From NCBI GenBank assembly GCA_043826565.1, contig JBDRPX010000038.1:70334-134333 (forward strand): DNA of 64,000 nt, given 5' to 3'. The notes beneath the pieces are model-generated. The model made no database searches, was not told the origin of the DNA, and saw only the letters and a list, made by a program, of their open reading frames with translations. The position numbers and the translations under genes were made by a program. This DNA is from Candidatus Omnitrophota bacterium (GTDB lineage: Bacteria; Omnitrophota; Gorgyraeia; B26-G9). Below, in pieces: positions 1 to 10,520 of this stretch. Each line of letters starts with the position of its first letter. Position 1 is the first letter of the stretch.

Positions 1-79
1 AGATGCTCATGGGCTGCGTGCCGCTATCGGGCAGTCAGAAAAGATTATTGAAAAATTTCTAAAAGAACTGGAGTAAGCA

Positions 80-1300
80 ATGAAAGTCGTAAGATTTACC
101 GGGAAGACCTTGGAGAATATTTATAGCCGATCGGCAAAAAGAAAATTGCGGGTAAAAAATACTGTGGAAAGAATCCTCCATGATGTAAGCGTTAATGGAG
201 ATAAAGCTTTGATTAAATATACCAAGAAGTTTGACCGAGTTTCCTTAACTGCCCGGCAAATTAAAGTTAGTGAAGCGGAGACTAATGGGGCTTATCAGAA
301 TATTGATGCTGAACTCATTTCCAGTTTAAAGCTGGCGATTAATAATATTACGAGTTTTTATAAAAGACAGCTTAAAAAATCCTGGAGAATAAAACAGGAT
401 GACGGTGTTGTCTTAGGTGAAATCCTCCGGCCTATTGAAAAAGTAGGAGTATATGTTCCGAGTGGAACAGCGCCGTTGGTATCTTCCGTTTATATGAGTG
501 TTTTGCCGGCAAAAATAGCCGGAGTTAATGAAATATATTTGGCTACTCCGCCGAATGCTAACGGGGAAGTCAACCCCTATATTTTAGCTGTAGCAAATCT
601 TTTAAAGGTAAATGCGGTTTATAAAATCGGCGGGGCTCATGCTATCGCAGCTTTAGCTTTTGGAACAAAAGTTGTTCCCAAGGTAGATAAGATTGTCGGG
701 CCGGGTAATGACTATGTGACCGAAGCAAAGCGTCAGGTTTTTGGTTATGTTGATATAGATATGCTGGCCGGGCCAAGTGAAGTTGTGGTAATTGCTAATA
801 ATTTTGCTAATCCGGCTCATGTTATAGCTGATTTGCAATCTCAGGCTGAGCATACGCGGGGTATTGGGATTTTGATAACTACTTCCAAGAAATTAGCACG
901 GATTGTCCGCAATGAAGTTATAAACGGATATTGTATACTTGTTAAAAACCTAGATGAAGCGGTCGAGGTATCTAATAAAATTGCGCCGGAACATTTAGAA
1001 ATTTTGGTAAAACAACCCAATACATTGCTGAAAAAAATTAAAAATGCCGGAGCTGTTTTTGTGGGGCCGTATTCGCCGGTGGTTGTCGGTGATTATATCT
1101 CCGGGCCGAGCCATGTACTGCCGACATCCGGCACAGCTAGATTTTTCTCAGGGCTAGGGGTTAATGATTTTATCAAGAGTACACATCTAATAAGCTATAA
1201 TAAGAAAGCGTTGGAGAAAGTAGCTCCGGCAGTTGAGAAAATTGCGTCGCTTGAGGGTATGAAGAAACATATTGCTTCCTTAAAATCAAGGTTTGAATAG
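80..1300 (+). CDS. hisD: histidinol dehydrogenase
   Basis: 406 aa ORF with typical HisD length and conserved Zn-binding region (…QAEHT…). GGAG RBS upstream of the ATG. First gene of the his cluster. Confidence 0.85.
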   Translation: MKVVRFTGKTLENIYSRSAKRKLRVKNTVERILHDVSVNGDKALIKYTKKFDRVSLTARQIKVSEAETNGAYQNIDAELISSLKLAINNITSFYKRQLKKSWRIKQDDGVVLGEILRPIEKVGVYVPSGTAPLVSSVYMSVLPAKIAGVNEIYLATPPNANGEVNPYILAVANLLKVNAVYKIGGAHAIAALAFGTKVVPKVDKIVGPGNDYVTEAKRQVFGYVDIDMLAGPSEVVVIANNFANPAHVIADLQSQAEHTRGIGILITTSKKLARIVRNEVINGYCILVKNLDEAVEVSNKIAPEHLEILVKQPNTLLKKIKNAGAVFVGPYSPVVVGDYISGPSHVLPTSGTARFFSGLGVNDFIKSTHLISYNKKALEKVAPAVEKIASLEGMKKHIASLKSRFE

Positions 1301-1313
1301 ACGGGGTGATACG

Positions 1314-1946
1314 ATGATAGAAAAAAGAAGTTCGGAAATTATAAGAAAAACAAATGAAGTCGATATAAATGGGCAGTTGGTTATTGATGGCTGCGGACAG
1401 GCACAGATTAGTACAGGGTTTGAACCATTGAATCATTTGCTTACTCTTTTTGCATTTCATGGTTTGTTTGATTTGAAAATCCAGGCATCCGGTGATTTAC
1501 CGCATCATATAATTGAAGATTTGGGAATCGCTTTAGGTAAGGCCTTTAAACAGGCTCTGGGTGAAAAGGAAAGTATTAACCGGTATGGTTGTTTTACTGT
1601 AGCTATGGATAAGGTAGCTGTTGAAGTTGCTTTAGATATAAGCGGGAGACCGTCATTACAGGGAATAAAGTTAGGAAACAATGATGATGCTCAAGGTATT
1701 ATTCATGTTTTAGAGAATTCAACTTTTGATAATACGGATTTTACCTTTAAACATGCTGAGGAATTTTTGGAATCTTTCCTCCAGCACGCAGGGATTAGTC
1801 TTGTTTATATAATTAAATCAGGAGAAGGTGATTTGCATCATATTTTAGAGGCATTGTTTAAAGCCATGGGTAAGGCTCTTGATCAAGCAACAATGATAGA
1901 TATCCGAAGAAGCGGTGTTCCCTCAACAAAAGGGATAATTGATTAA
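1314..1946 (+). CDS. hisB: imidazoleglycerol-phosphate dehydratase
   Basis: IGPD motifs (DLxIQASGDLxHHIIEDLGIALG, HxxEAxFKAxG). The ORF opens at 1293, but the ATG at 1314 (MIEKR) avoids overlap and is the preferred start. Confidence 0.8.
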   Translation: MIEKRSSEIIRKTNEVDINGQLVIDGCGQAQISTGFEPLNHLLTLFAFHGLFDLKIQASGDLPHHIIEDLGIALGKAFKQALGEKESINRYGCFTVAMDKVAVEVALDISGRPSLQGIKLGNNDDAQGIIHVLENSTFDNTDFTFKHAEEFLESFLQHAGISLVYIIKSGEGDLHHILEALFKAMGKALDQATMIDIRRSGVPSTKGIID

Positions 1947-1951
1947 CGATT

Positions 1952-2713
1952 ATGATTGTTATACCAGCTATAGATATTAGAAATGGGCGGGTTGTACGTC
2001 TTCTGCGGGGAGAGTATGATAAAGAAACCGTGTATGAGGAGTATCCGCTTACCATAGCTCAGAGATGGGCTAATGACGGTGCGGAGTTAATTCATATTGT
2101 TAACTTAGATGGTGCTCTTACCGGAGATCTTAAACAAATTAGTGTTGTTAAGCAGATTGTAGATGTTTTAAAGGTTAAGGTTCAATTCGGCGGCGGGATT
2201 AGGTCTGTCGATAATGTTAAAACAGTTTTTGATACCGGTGTATATAAAGTCATAGTTGGAACAAAAGCTTTTGTGGATGATAATTTTTTACCAATTGTTG
2301 TTAAAGATCCCCAATTGCAGGACAAAGTGGATAGAATTATTATCAGTATTGACTGCAAAAAAGACGTTTCTAGCGATGAGTATATCGTACAGCATACTGG
2401 TTGGACGGATGCTACTGATTATACTGCTAAGCAGGCATTGAAATATTTACAGGAGATGGGTATAAAAACTGCTGTGGTTACAGATATCAGTAAAGATGGA
2501 ACATTATCCGGTCCGAATTTCCAGTTTTTGGAGCAAGTACTTAAGGCAACGACATTAGATATTATCGCATCAGGCGGAGTGTCTAGTATTGAAGATATCG
2601 AAAATTTAAATATACTAGGTAATAAATACAGTAATCTTCAGGGAGTAATCATCGGCAAAGCTCTATATGAAGGAACAATTAATCTCAAGGAGGCTATTGA
2701 ATTATGCAGGTAA
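1952..2713 (+). CDS. hisA: ProFAR isomerase (HisA)
   Basis: N-terminus [20 protein letters not shown] is the HisA signature rather than HisF. 253 aa with two (βα)4 halves. Confidence 0.75.
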   Translation: MIVIPAIDIRNGRVVRLLRGEYDKETVYEEYPLTIAQRWANDGAELIHIVNLDGALTGDLKQISVVKQIVDVLKVKVQFGGGIRSVDNVKTVFDTGVYKVIVGTKAFVDDNFLPIVVKDPQLQDKVDRIIISIDCKKDVSSDEYIVQHTGWTDATDYTAKQALKYLQEMGIKTAVVTDISKDGTLSGPNFQFLEQVLKATTLDIIASGGVSSIEDIENLNILGNKYSNLQGVIIGKALYEGTINLKEAIELCR

Positions 2714-3069
2714 AACGACCGTTGTGCAAACCGTTAAAATTAAAAAACATCAAATCTGTAAATGATCTTAAATTTGATGATAACGGGTTGATCCCAACTA
2801 TTGTGCAGGATATAAAAGATAAGCAGGTTTTAATGGTTGCTTATATGAGCAAAGAATCATTAAAGAGGACTCTAAAAACCGGACTGGCTACTTACTGGTC
2901 AAGATCCCGAAAATGCTTTTGGTTAAAAGGTGATACTTCCGGTCATTTTCAAGTAGTGAAGAAAATATATTTTGACTGTGATAAAGACACTATTTTGCTG
3001 GAGGTTAAACAGCTCGGGGTTGCTTGTCACACGGGGGAAAGGTCATGTTTCTTTACGCGCATGGCGTAA
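2704..3069 (+). CDS. hisI: phosphoribosyl-AMP cyclohydrolase
   Basis: 121 aa with the HisI motif (…GLIPTIVQD…[16 protein letters not shown]…WSRSR…). Overlaps the hisA stop. Confidence 0.8.
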   Translation: MQVKRPLCKPLKLKNIKSVNDLKFDDNGLIPTIVQDIKDKQVLMVAYMSKESLKRTLKTGLATYWSRSRKCFWLKGDTSGHFQVVKKIYFDCDKDTILLEVKQLGVACHTGERSCFFTRMA

Positions 3070-3148
3070 GAGTTCATGGCTCATAGCTGATAGCTTATAG
3101 GAAAAACAGGATTATGGTTTTATTTTAGAATTTTTGTTTTTAGTCTTA

Positions 3149-3174
3149 TAACTTGGAACCTGTAACTTGTAACT
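3149..3174. repeat. AACTTG / TGTAACT tandem motif in trpE leader
   Basis: TAACTTG at 3149-3155, then TGTAACTTGTAACT at 3161-3174, about 15 nt upstream of the trpE ATG. Confidence 0.5.
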
Positions 3175-3188
3175 TTTAATTTAAAATT

Positions 3189-4685
3189 ATGTATTATCCA
3201 TCAAAAAAAGAATTTAAAAAACTAAGTAAAAAAGGAAATTTAATTCCGGTTTATCGGGAGCTGGTTGCGGATTTGGAAACTCCAGTGTCGGCTTTTATGA
3301 AAATCGATACGGGAAGGTATTCTTATTTACTTGAATCAGTGGAAGGGCAGGAGAAAATTGCCCGGTATTCTTTTTTAGGCAGCAATCCGTCGTTATTGCT
3401 TAAAATAAAAGACAATAATGTTTGGATACATGAAAAAAGCGGATCTAAATTCAAAGAAAAAAAGTATAAGCTGGAAAAAGACCCTATTGAAGAAATAAAA
3501 AAAATTATTCAGCAGTATAAATTTGTTGATGTGCCCGGATTGCCCCGTTTTTGCGGCGGGCTTGTCGGTTATATTAGTTATGATACCGTAAGGTTTTTTG
3601 AAAAAATTCCCGATAAAAATCCGGATGATTTAAAATTACCGGATGCAGTTTTTATGCTAACTGATACAATTTTAATCTTTGATCATATCGCGCATAAAAT
3701 TAAAATCGTTTCCAATGTCCATATTCAGGATAAATCTGCTTCCGGCTTAGATGATATATACGAAAAATCCATAAAGAAAATTGATCATATTGCGGATATG
3801 CTTAGCCGTAAACTTAAGGCTCATCGTAAATCTAAACGATCCGGTGCGGTTAAAGTAAAGTCTAATATGACCAAAAGTGAGTTTAAGAAAGCTGTAGAAA
3901 AGGCAAAGAAATATATTATTGCCGGAGATATTATTCAGACAGTTATTTCACAGAGATTTAGTGCGAAGATCAGTATGCCGGCGATTGACTTATATCGTGC
4001 GTTAAGGACAATCAACCCTTCCCCGTACATGTATTATTTGAAATTGGGGGATATGAAAATTGTCGGGGCATCTCCGGAAGTTATGGTGCGTTGCGAGGCG
4101 AATATTGCGGAAGTCAGGCCCATAGCCGGCACGCGAAAAAGAGGTAAAGATGAAGATGAAGATAAAAAATTAAGTATTGAACTGCTGAATGATCCTAAAG
4201 AAAGAGCTGAGCATATTATGCTTGTGGACTTAGGGAGGAATGATCTGGGCAGGGTTTGTAAATTTGGAAGTGTGGTTGTTGAAGATCTGATGACTATTGA
4301 GAAATACTCTCATGTTATGCATATTGTCAGTGATGTGCATGGACAGATTGAAAAAGGAAAGAACGCTTTTGATGTTATTAGGGCAACTTTTCCTGCCGGA
4401 ACAGTATCCGGAGCTCCGAAAATTCGGGCAATGGAAATTATTGATGAGTTGGAAAATGTGCGGCGCGGCCCATATGCAGGAAGTATCGGATATTTTAGTT
4501 TTTCCGGCAATATAGATACATGTATTACGATCAGGACTATTGTTTGTAAAGGGAATAAAGCGTATGTCCAGGCCGGTGCCGGTATTGTTGCTGATTCTGT
4601 GCCGGAAAAAGAATATCAGGAAACAGTGAACAAGGCCCAAGCTATGTTAAAATCTATTGAAGTGGCTCAAGAGGGATTGTTATGA
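3189..4685 (+). CDS. trpE: anthranilate synthase component I
   Basis: 498 aa. Chorismate-binding domain motifs (…SPEVMVRC…RPIAGTRKRG…GAPKIRAMEII…). Confidence 0.9.
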   Translation: MYYPSKKEFKKLSKKGNLIPVYRELVADLETPVSAFMKIDTGRYSYLLESVEGQEKIARYSFLGSNPSLLLKIKDNNVWIHEKSGSKFKEKKYKLEKDPIEEIKKIIQQYKFVDVPGLPRFCGGLVGYISYDTVRFFEKIPDKNPDDLKLPDAVFMLTDTILIFDHIAHKIKIVSNVHIQDKSASGLDDIYEKSIKKIDHIADMLSRKLKAHRKSKRSGAVKVKSNMTKSEFKKAVEKAKKYIIAGDIIQTVISQRFSAKISMPAIDLYRALRTINPSPYMYYLKLGDMKIVGASPEVMVRCEANIAEVRPIAGTRKRGKDEDEDKKLSIELLNDPKERAEHIMLVDLGRNDLGRVCKFGSVVVEDLMTIEKYSHVMHIVSDVHGQIEKGKNAFDVIRATFPAGTVSGAPKIRAMEIIDELENVRRGPYAGSIGYFSFSGNIDTCITIRTIVCKGNKAYVQAGAGIVADSVPEKEYQETVNKAQAMLKSIEVAQEGLL

Positions 4686-5260
4686 TTTTATTAATCGATA
4701 ATTATGATTCATTTACTTATAATCTTGTGCAATATTTTGGTGAATTAAAACAAAAAATAAGTGTGGTAAGAAATGATAAAACAACTCTAGATAAGATTAC
4801 CAGGCTTAAGCCGGATCATATTGTGATTTCTCCCGGGCCTTGTACTCCGAAAGAAGCCGGCTTATCCTGTGCTATTGTGAAAAAATTTGCCGGAAAAGTC
4901 CCTTTATTGGGCGTTTGTCTGGGGCATCAATGTATTGGGTATGCGTTCGGAGCAAAAATAGTCAAAGCCAATGTTTTAATGCACGGGAAAACTTCAAGAA
5001 TTTTCCATGATAAGAAATCAATTTTTAAAAATATTCCCAATCCGTTTGTTGCCACTAGATACCATTCGCTTATTATTAAGGAAAATACATTGCCGGATGT
5101 TTTTAAGATAACGGCGCGTACTAAAGAGGGTACAATTATGGGGATCGAGCACCGTAAGTTTCCAATTTGGGGAGTGCAATTTCATCCGGAAGCGATATTA
5201 ACAGTTGAGGGCAAACACATTCTGGCAAACTTTTTAAACGAGAGGCAGGAGAATGATTAA
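4682..5260 (+). CDS. trpG: anthranilate synthase component II / glutamine amidotransferase
   Basis: Class I glutamine amidotransferase with the catalytic GVCLGHQ motif. ATGA overlap with trpE. Confidence 0.85.
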   Translation: MILLIDNYDSFTYNLVQYFGELKQKISVVRNDKTTLDKITRLKPDHIVISPGPCTPKEAGLSCAIVKKFAGKVPLLGVCLGHQCIGYAFGAKIVKANVLMHGKTSRIFHDKKSIFKNIPNPFVATRYHSLIIKENTLPDVFKITARTKEGTIMGIEHRKFPIWGVQFHPEAILTVEGKHILANFLNERQEND

Positions 5261-6272
5261 AGACGGAATCAAGAAAGTTGTCGTTAAGGAAAGTTTGTCT
5301 CAAGGAGAAATGGAGCAAATTTTTTCTCAAATCATGAATGGAGAAACAACTCCTGCGCAAATTGCCGCTTTTATTGTCGGATTACGGATGAAAGGGGAGA
5401 CAGTTGATGAAATTACCGGAGCGGCTAAAATAATGAGGGAGTTTGCGTCAAAGGTAAATGTCAAGAGTGCTATTATATTGGATACTTGCGGAACCGGGGG
5501 GGATCGAAAAAATACGATCAATATCTCTACTTTAACCGCATTGGTGGCCAGCGGTGCCGGAGTAACTGTTGCCAAGCATGGGAATCGCAGTGTTTCTAGT
5601 AAATCAGGAAGTGCGGACTTACTCGAAGAATTAGGAGTTAATCTTGGAGTTGATGTCAGTGTAGTCGAAAAATGCGTAAATGATATCGGTATCGGTTTTT
5701 TGTTTGCGCCTAATTTGCATAAAGCAATGAAATATGCTATTGGCCCAAGAAGAGAAATCGGGGTCAGGACGATTTTTAATATTCTCGGCCCGCTGACTAA
5801 TCCGGCAGAGGCTACGCATCAACTGCTGGGGATATTCGATCGGGATTTGTGTGCGCCGATTGCTAATGTTTTAAAAAATCTGGGGGTAAAACATGCGGTT
5901 GTGGTGCACGGTGTTGATGGAGTTGATGAAGTAAGCACTGTTGCTGAAACACACGTTTGTGAATTAAAGGACGGGGAAATAACTAGTTATGAAGTAACTC
6001 CTGAGCAATTTGGTATCAAAAGAACAACTATCGAGAGTTTACAGATTTCCAGTCCCGCAGAAGGTGCGGAAAAAGCATTGGAAATTTTAGACGCAAAGAA
6101 GGGGCCGATGTATGATGCGGTTCTTTTAAATTCAGCATTTGCTATATATGCGGCTGATCAGACGGTGACCGTGGAAGAGGCTATGTTGCTTGCTCAAGAA
6201 AGTTTAGATGAAGGAAAGGCAAAAGAAAAACTTAACCTGCTAATAAAATATACTAATGAAAACAATTCTTGA
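5253..6272 (+). CDS. trpD: anthranilate phosphoribosyltransferase
   Basis: Has the GTGGD motif and the GPLTNP motif. 339 aa. Confidence 0.9.
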   Translation: MIKDGIKKVVVKESLSQGEMEQIFSQIMNGETTPAQIAAFIVGLRMKGETVDEITGAAKIMREFASKVNVKSAIILDTCGTGGDRKNTINISTLTALVASGAGVTVAKHGNRSVSSKSGSADLLEELGVNLGVDVSVVEKCVNDIGIGFLFAPNLHKAMKYAIGPRREIGVRTIFNILGPLTNPAEATHQLLGIFDRDLCAPIANVLKNLGVKHAVVVHGVDGVDEVSTVAETHVCELKDGEITSYEVTPEQFGIKRTTIESLQISSPAEGAEKALEILDAKKGPMYDAVLLNSAFAIYAADQTVTVEEAMLLAQESLDEGKAKEKLNLLIKYTNENNS

Positions 6273-7047
6273 TAAAATAGTTGAAGAGAAAAAAAAAGAG
6301 ATAAAGATCGCAAAACAAAATATTTCTCGAGCTGAGATATTAGAGAAGCTAAGTAAAAAGAAAATTAACTGCCGGGATTTTAAAAAGTGCCTGGTTGCCG
6401 GTAATCGGATTAATTTTATTGGTGAGCTTAAGAAAGCTTCTCCGGTTAAGGGGGTTTTGCGCAAAGAGTTTGACCTGATTAAAACAGCATTAATATATGA
6501 AAAAGAAAATATTAGTGCTATTTCGGTTTTAACTGATAAACATTTCTGCGGGAGTCTTTCGGACGTCAAAAAAGTCAAAAATGCAACAACTTTACCTGTT
6601 TTACGCAAAGATTTCATTATCGAAGAGTATCAATTATATGAGTCCTTGCTGGCGAGAGCGGATGCAGTGCTTTTGATCGCTTCGATTTTACCAAAGAATA
6701 CGCTTACTAAAATGCTTAAAATTGTCCATTCATTAGGGATGAGTGCCTTGGTGGAAGTGCATAATCAACATGATATTGAAAAAGTTGATTTTAGACATGC
6801 AGATATTATAGGTATAAATAATCGAGATCTTAGGAATTTTAAAACTGATTTACATATAACTGAAAAATTATTAAAAAAGATTCCTTTTGGTAAGATTGTT
6901 ATTAGTGAAAGCGGAATAAAGAGCCGGGCACAGGTACGTTTTCTGGAGGATTTGGGGGTCAATGCCCTGCTTATTGGCGAAGGTATTGTTCGGTCGAAAG
7001 ACATAACCGCGAAGATCCGAAATCTACAAGGGAGAAAAAATGCCTAA
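6256..7047 (+). CDS. trpC: indole-3-glycerol phosphate synthase
   Basis: IGPS motifs (IGELKKASP…, LRKDFIIEEYQ, GINNRDL). Confidence 0.85.
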   Translation: MKTILDKIVEEKKKEIKIAKQNISRAEILEKLSKKKINCRDFKKCLVAGNRINFIGELKKASPVKGVLRKEFDLIKTALIYEKENISAISVLTDKHFCGSLSDVKKVKNATTLPVLRKDFIIEEYQLYESLLARADAVLLIASILPKNTLTKMLKIVHSLGMSALVEVHNQHDIEKVDFRHADIIGINNRDLRNFKTDLHITEKLLKKIPFGKIVISESGIKSRAQVRFLEDLGVNALLIGEGIVRSKDITAKIRNLQGRKNA

Positions 7048-7663
7048 GGTCAAAATTTGCGGTATAACCAATAAGCGCGATGCCCTTAATGCTGTAAAAT
7101 TGGGGGCTGATGCAATTGGTTTTATGTTTGCCAAAAGTCCTCGCAGAATATCTGTTGACACAGCGGCAGGTATTATTAAAGAATTACCGCCGTTTGTTTC
7201 TACGGTTGGTGTTTTTGTTGATGCGGATAAAGAGAAGGTTTTGTCTATACTTAAAAAGTGCAAATTGGATGTACTGCAATTCCATGGGCAGGAAAATGAT
7301 AACTACTGTCTTTTCTTTAAAAAATATTGTAAAATAATAAAAGCATTCCGGCTGCAGGATCATAATTCCTTAAAACTGATCCGCAAGTATAAAAACATTG
7401 ATGCTATTCTTTGTGATAGCTTTGATGCGAAAAAGATCGGAGGGACCGGTAAGGTTTTTAAATGGGATTTGCTAAAAGGGGTTAAATTTAATAAACCTTT
7501 AATAATTGCCGGAGGTGTTTCTTCTATAAATGCAAAGGGAATAGTTGGGTTATTAGCACCTTTTGCCTTGGATATTTCCAGCGGAGTGGAATCGTCTCCG
7601 GGAAAAAAAAGCGAGAGAATGATGCGTGATTTTATGAACGAGGTTAACAAAATAACACTTTAA
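7040..7663 (+). CDS. trpF: phosphoribosylanthranilate isomerase
   Basis: Starts MPKVKICGIT; 207 aa; matches the PRAI fold. Confidence 0.85.
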   Translation: MPKVKICGITNKRDALNAVKLGADAIGFMFAKSPRRISVDTAAGIIKELPPFVSTVGVFVDADKEKVLSILKKCKLDVLQFHGQENDNYCLFFKKYCKIIKAFRLQDHNSLKLIRKYKNIDAILCDSFDAKKIGGTGKVFKWDLLKGVKFNKPLIIAGGVSSINAKGIVGLLAPFALDISSGVESSPGKKSERMMRDFMNEVNKITL

Positions 7664-7724
7664 AAGCAAAAAAGTGAGAGTTGAGAATAGATGATTGAAA
7701 ATTGTAAAAGCCAGTCAGTGATTT

Positions 7725-7759
7725 TTCAATATTCAATATTCAATGCTCAATTTTCAAAC
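7725..7759. repeat. five tandem heptads TTCAATA/TTCAATG/CTCAATT/TTCAAAC
   Basis: Read directly from the sequence. Bracketed by a 10-bp inverted repeat, TTGAAAATTG (7695-7704) and CAATTTTCAA (7748-7757). Confidence 0.6.
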
Positions 7760-7774
7760 TTGATGAGGTGATTT

Positions 7775-8536
7775 ATGAATGAAAGAAAAGAAAAGATGAA
7801 TGTGAAAAAATTCTCTGAGAATGATATTCAAAAGAAGCTTTATGGTGATACCGGATTTAAAAAGAAAACAATCGCTAAAGAAAAAGAGGATATGCACGAG
7901 AATAATGAGGCTTATTTGGATAAGGATATTCAGGAAGAGATAGATGCCTTAAAGACGGCGATAACAAATCTTGAGCAAACACTTAAAAAAACAGAAGGGC
8001 AAAAAGAACGGTTAAAGAAGAAGCTTGTACAGCGAAGATTTGTGATAAATTTGAAGGATCGAGTTCTAAATAATATTATAAGCAAAGTTCCTGAAAAAGT
8101 TATAATTCTGATTCCGGTGTTGGTTATTATCTTGCTTATGATTATAGTTTTTAACTTGCACAATGAAACTGCCCCGGTTACAACAACTGATGTTACTGTA
8201 GTAGAGGAAGTTATAAATGTTCCCCAAAAGAAAATAGCGGTTGCTTCGGCAAAAGAACCTGATTCCGAAAAAGTTGGTATTGGTGAAAAAAAGTATACAC
8301 TTCAGGTTGCCGAATATTCTAATGAGCAGGCCGCAGTTAAGTTTGTTGGCGACTTGGAACAACAAGGATTCACCGTGGCACTTAAGACAATATATCGCGG
8401 GGATGATAAAAGTCGTCCATATTTTAAAGTTAATGTGGGCGTATTCGGATCTTTTAATGAAGCCAAGAAGTTCATGGAAGCATTTGAAAGAAAAACAGGA
8501 ATAAAGGATTCTTTCATAAAACAGGAGATTAACTAG
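7775..8536 (+). CDS. SPOR-domain membrane protein inserted in the trp operon
   Basis: N-terminal coiled coil, one TM helix, and a C-terminal SPOR peptidoglycan-binding domain ([18 protein letters not shown]…[18 protein letters not shown]). Confidence 0.7.
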   Translation: MNERKEKMNVKKFSENDIQKKLYGDTGFKKKTIAKEKEDMHENNEAYLDKDIQEEIDALKTAITNLEQTLKKTEGQKERLKKKLVQRRFVINLKDRVLNNIISKVPEKVIILIPVLVIILLMIIVFNLHNETAPVTTTDVTVVEEVINVPQKKIAVASAKEPDSEKVGIGEKKYTLQVAEYSNEQAAVKFVGDLEQQGFTVALKTIYRGDDKSRPYFKVNVGVFGSFNEAKKFMEAFERKTGIKDSFIKQEIN

Positions 8537-8538
8537 AG

Positions 8539-9723
8539 ATGGCAATAATGCCTGATTATAACGGATATTTTGGTCCTTTCGGCGGTAAGTTTGTCCCGGA
8601 AACCTTGATGGCGGCCTTAAAGGAGCTTGAAATTTATTATAAAAGTTCGCAAAAAGATCGTCATTTTCAAAAACAATTACAATTCTATTTGAAAGAGTTT
8701 GCCGGAAGGCCGACGCCTTTATATTATGCGCAAAGGCTAAGTTCATATCTGGGAATCAAAGTTTATTTAAAAAGAGAAGATTTGCTTCATACCGGTGCGC
8801 ATAAAATTAATAATACTCTCGGGCAGGTACTGTTGGCGATGAAAATGAAAAAAAAACGTATCATCGCAGAAACCGGAGCCGGGCAGCACGGAGTGGCAAC
8901 TGCGGTTGCTGCGGCACGTTTTGGTTTTGAGTGTGAAGTTTTCATGGGAGAAGAAGATATGCATCGGCAGGAATTAAATGTTTTTCGGATGAAGCTGCTT
9001 GGGGCAAAAGTCTCTTGTGTGTCTTCCGGAAGCAAGACTTTGAAAGATGCTACTAATGAAGCTATCCGTAATTGGGTGAGTAATGTTCGAACTACACATT
9101 ATATCCTGGGATCAGTTGTCGGACCACATCCTTATCCGGTTATGGTACGTGATTTTCAGTCGGTTATCGGCAAGGAAGCGCGAGTGCAGATATTAAAAAA
9201 AGAAAACAGGCTTCCGGATTATTTACTTGCGTGTGTCGGCGGCGGAAGTAATGCGATTGGACTTTTTCATGCGTTCTTTAATGATAAGAAAGTAAAAATA
9301 TGCGGTGTAGAAGCTGCCGGCTGTGGATTATCTTCAGGCAAGCACTCTGCCAGTTTATCTTGTGGCAGAGTCGGAGTGCTCCATGGAAATAAGAGTTATC
9401 TTTTACAGGACGCTGACGGTCAGATAAAAATTGCACATTCTGTTTCCGCGGGACTAGATTATCCCGGGGTCGGCCCGGAGCATTCTTATTATAAAGATAT
9501 CGGGAGGGCAACATATGTTGGGATAACAGATAAGGAAGCTTTGGGGGCTTTAAAGAAACTTTCTCAGCTGGAAGGAATTATCCCGGCACTTGAATCGGCA
9601 CATGCAGTTGCTTATTTACTTAAGGCGGCAAAAAAGATGAGAAAAAATAGTGTTGTAATATTATGCTTATCCGGCAGAGGGGATAAAGACATGGAAATGG
9701 TTTCAACTTTGAAGGTGCTCTAA
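8539..9723 (+). CDS. trpB: tryptophan synthase beta chain
   Basis: PLP-lysine region [11 protein letters not shown] and a GGGSNA motif. AGGAG RBS. Confidence 0.92.
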   Translation: MAIMPDYNGYFGPFGGKFVPETLMAALKELEIYYKSSQKDRHFQKQLQFYLKEFAGRPTPLYYAQRLSSYLGIKVYLKREDLLHTGAHKINNTLGQVLLAMKMKKKRIIAETGAGQHGVATAVAAARFGFECEVFMGEEDMHRQELNVFRMKLLGAKVSCVSSGSKTLKDATNEAIRNWVSNVRTTHYILGSVVGPHPYPVMVRDFQSVIGKEARVQILKKENRLPDYLLACVGGGSNAIGLFHAFFNDKKVKICGVEAAGCGLSSGKHSASLSCGRVGVLHGNKSYLLQDADGQIKIAHSVSAGLDYPGVGPEHSYYKDIGRATYVGITDKEALGALKKLSQLEGIIPALESAHAVAYLLKAAKKMRKNSVVILCLSGRGDKDMEMVSTLKVL

Positions 9724-10520
9724 TGAATAGAATTGATGCGAAAAATGCATTACTTAAAAAAAATAAGAAAAAAGCTTTTGTTGCCTATATTACTGCCGGA
9801 TTCCCTAATACGGCTGTTACGGAAAAACTAATCCCTGTTCTCGAGAAAAATGGAGCGGATTTTATTGAATTGGGTATGCCGTTCTCGGACCCGATAGCCG
9901 ATGGCCCGACGATCCAGAAATCTTCATACATTGCTTTAAAAAACGGCATGACCATGAATAAATTTTTCAGGCTGGTAAGAAATGTGCGCAAAAAGTCACA
10001 GGTACCGCTGATAATGATGACCTATTATAATCTTATTTACAATTATGGATTTAAAAGATTCGCGGAAATTGCCAGGAAATCAGGACTTGATGGGGTAATT
10101 GTCCCGGATTTGCCGATTGAGGAAGCGCAGGATTTAAATGAAAATTTAAGGTCAGAAAAAATATCATTAATTTTTCTAATTTCTCCGGTAACCGAAAAAT
10201 CGCGCATGAAAAAAATCTCTAAAGTTTCCGAAGGATTTATTTATTATGTTTCTTTAACCGGAGTAACCGGTGTTCGGGATAAGCTTCCGGATGATTTAGT
10301 TGAAAATGTGAGGCTCATAAAAAATGTTACCAAGAAACCTGTTTATGTCGGTTTTGGAGTGTCTACCTCGGAACAAGTCAAGCAGGTTTCCGAGACGGCA
10401 GATGGGGTTATTGTCGGTAGCGCGATAATAAAAGCGATTACGGAAAATTACGGGAAAAAGGATTTTTTAAAAAAAGTTGGCCGATTTATTGCGGCGCTTA
10501 GTAAGGGAGTTAACGGATGA
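9723..10520 (+). CDS. trpA: tryptophan synthase alpha chain
   Basis: TrpA motifs (ELGMPFSDPIADGP, GFGVS). TAATG overlap with trpB. Confidence 0.88.
   Translation: MNRIDAKNALLKKNKKKAFVAYITAGFPNTAVTEKLIPVLEKNGADFIELGMPFSDPIADGPTIQKSSYIALKNGMTMNKFFRLVRNVRKKSQVPLIMMTYYNLIYNYGFKRFAEIARKSGLDGVIVPDLPIEEAQDLNENLRSEKISLIFLISPVTEKSRMKKISKVSEGFIYYVSLTGVTGVRDKLPDDLVENVRLIKNVTKKPVYVGFGVSTSEQVKQVSETADGVIVGSAIIKAITENYGKKDFLKKVGRFIAALSKGVNG

Noticed and set aside
8066-8746. 226-aa minus-strand ORF
   Set aside because: Antisense to the SPOR gene and the trpB start. Low-complexity sequence, no RBS, and the sense-strand genes have clear homologs.
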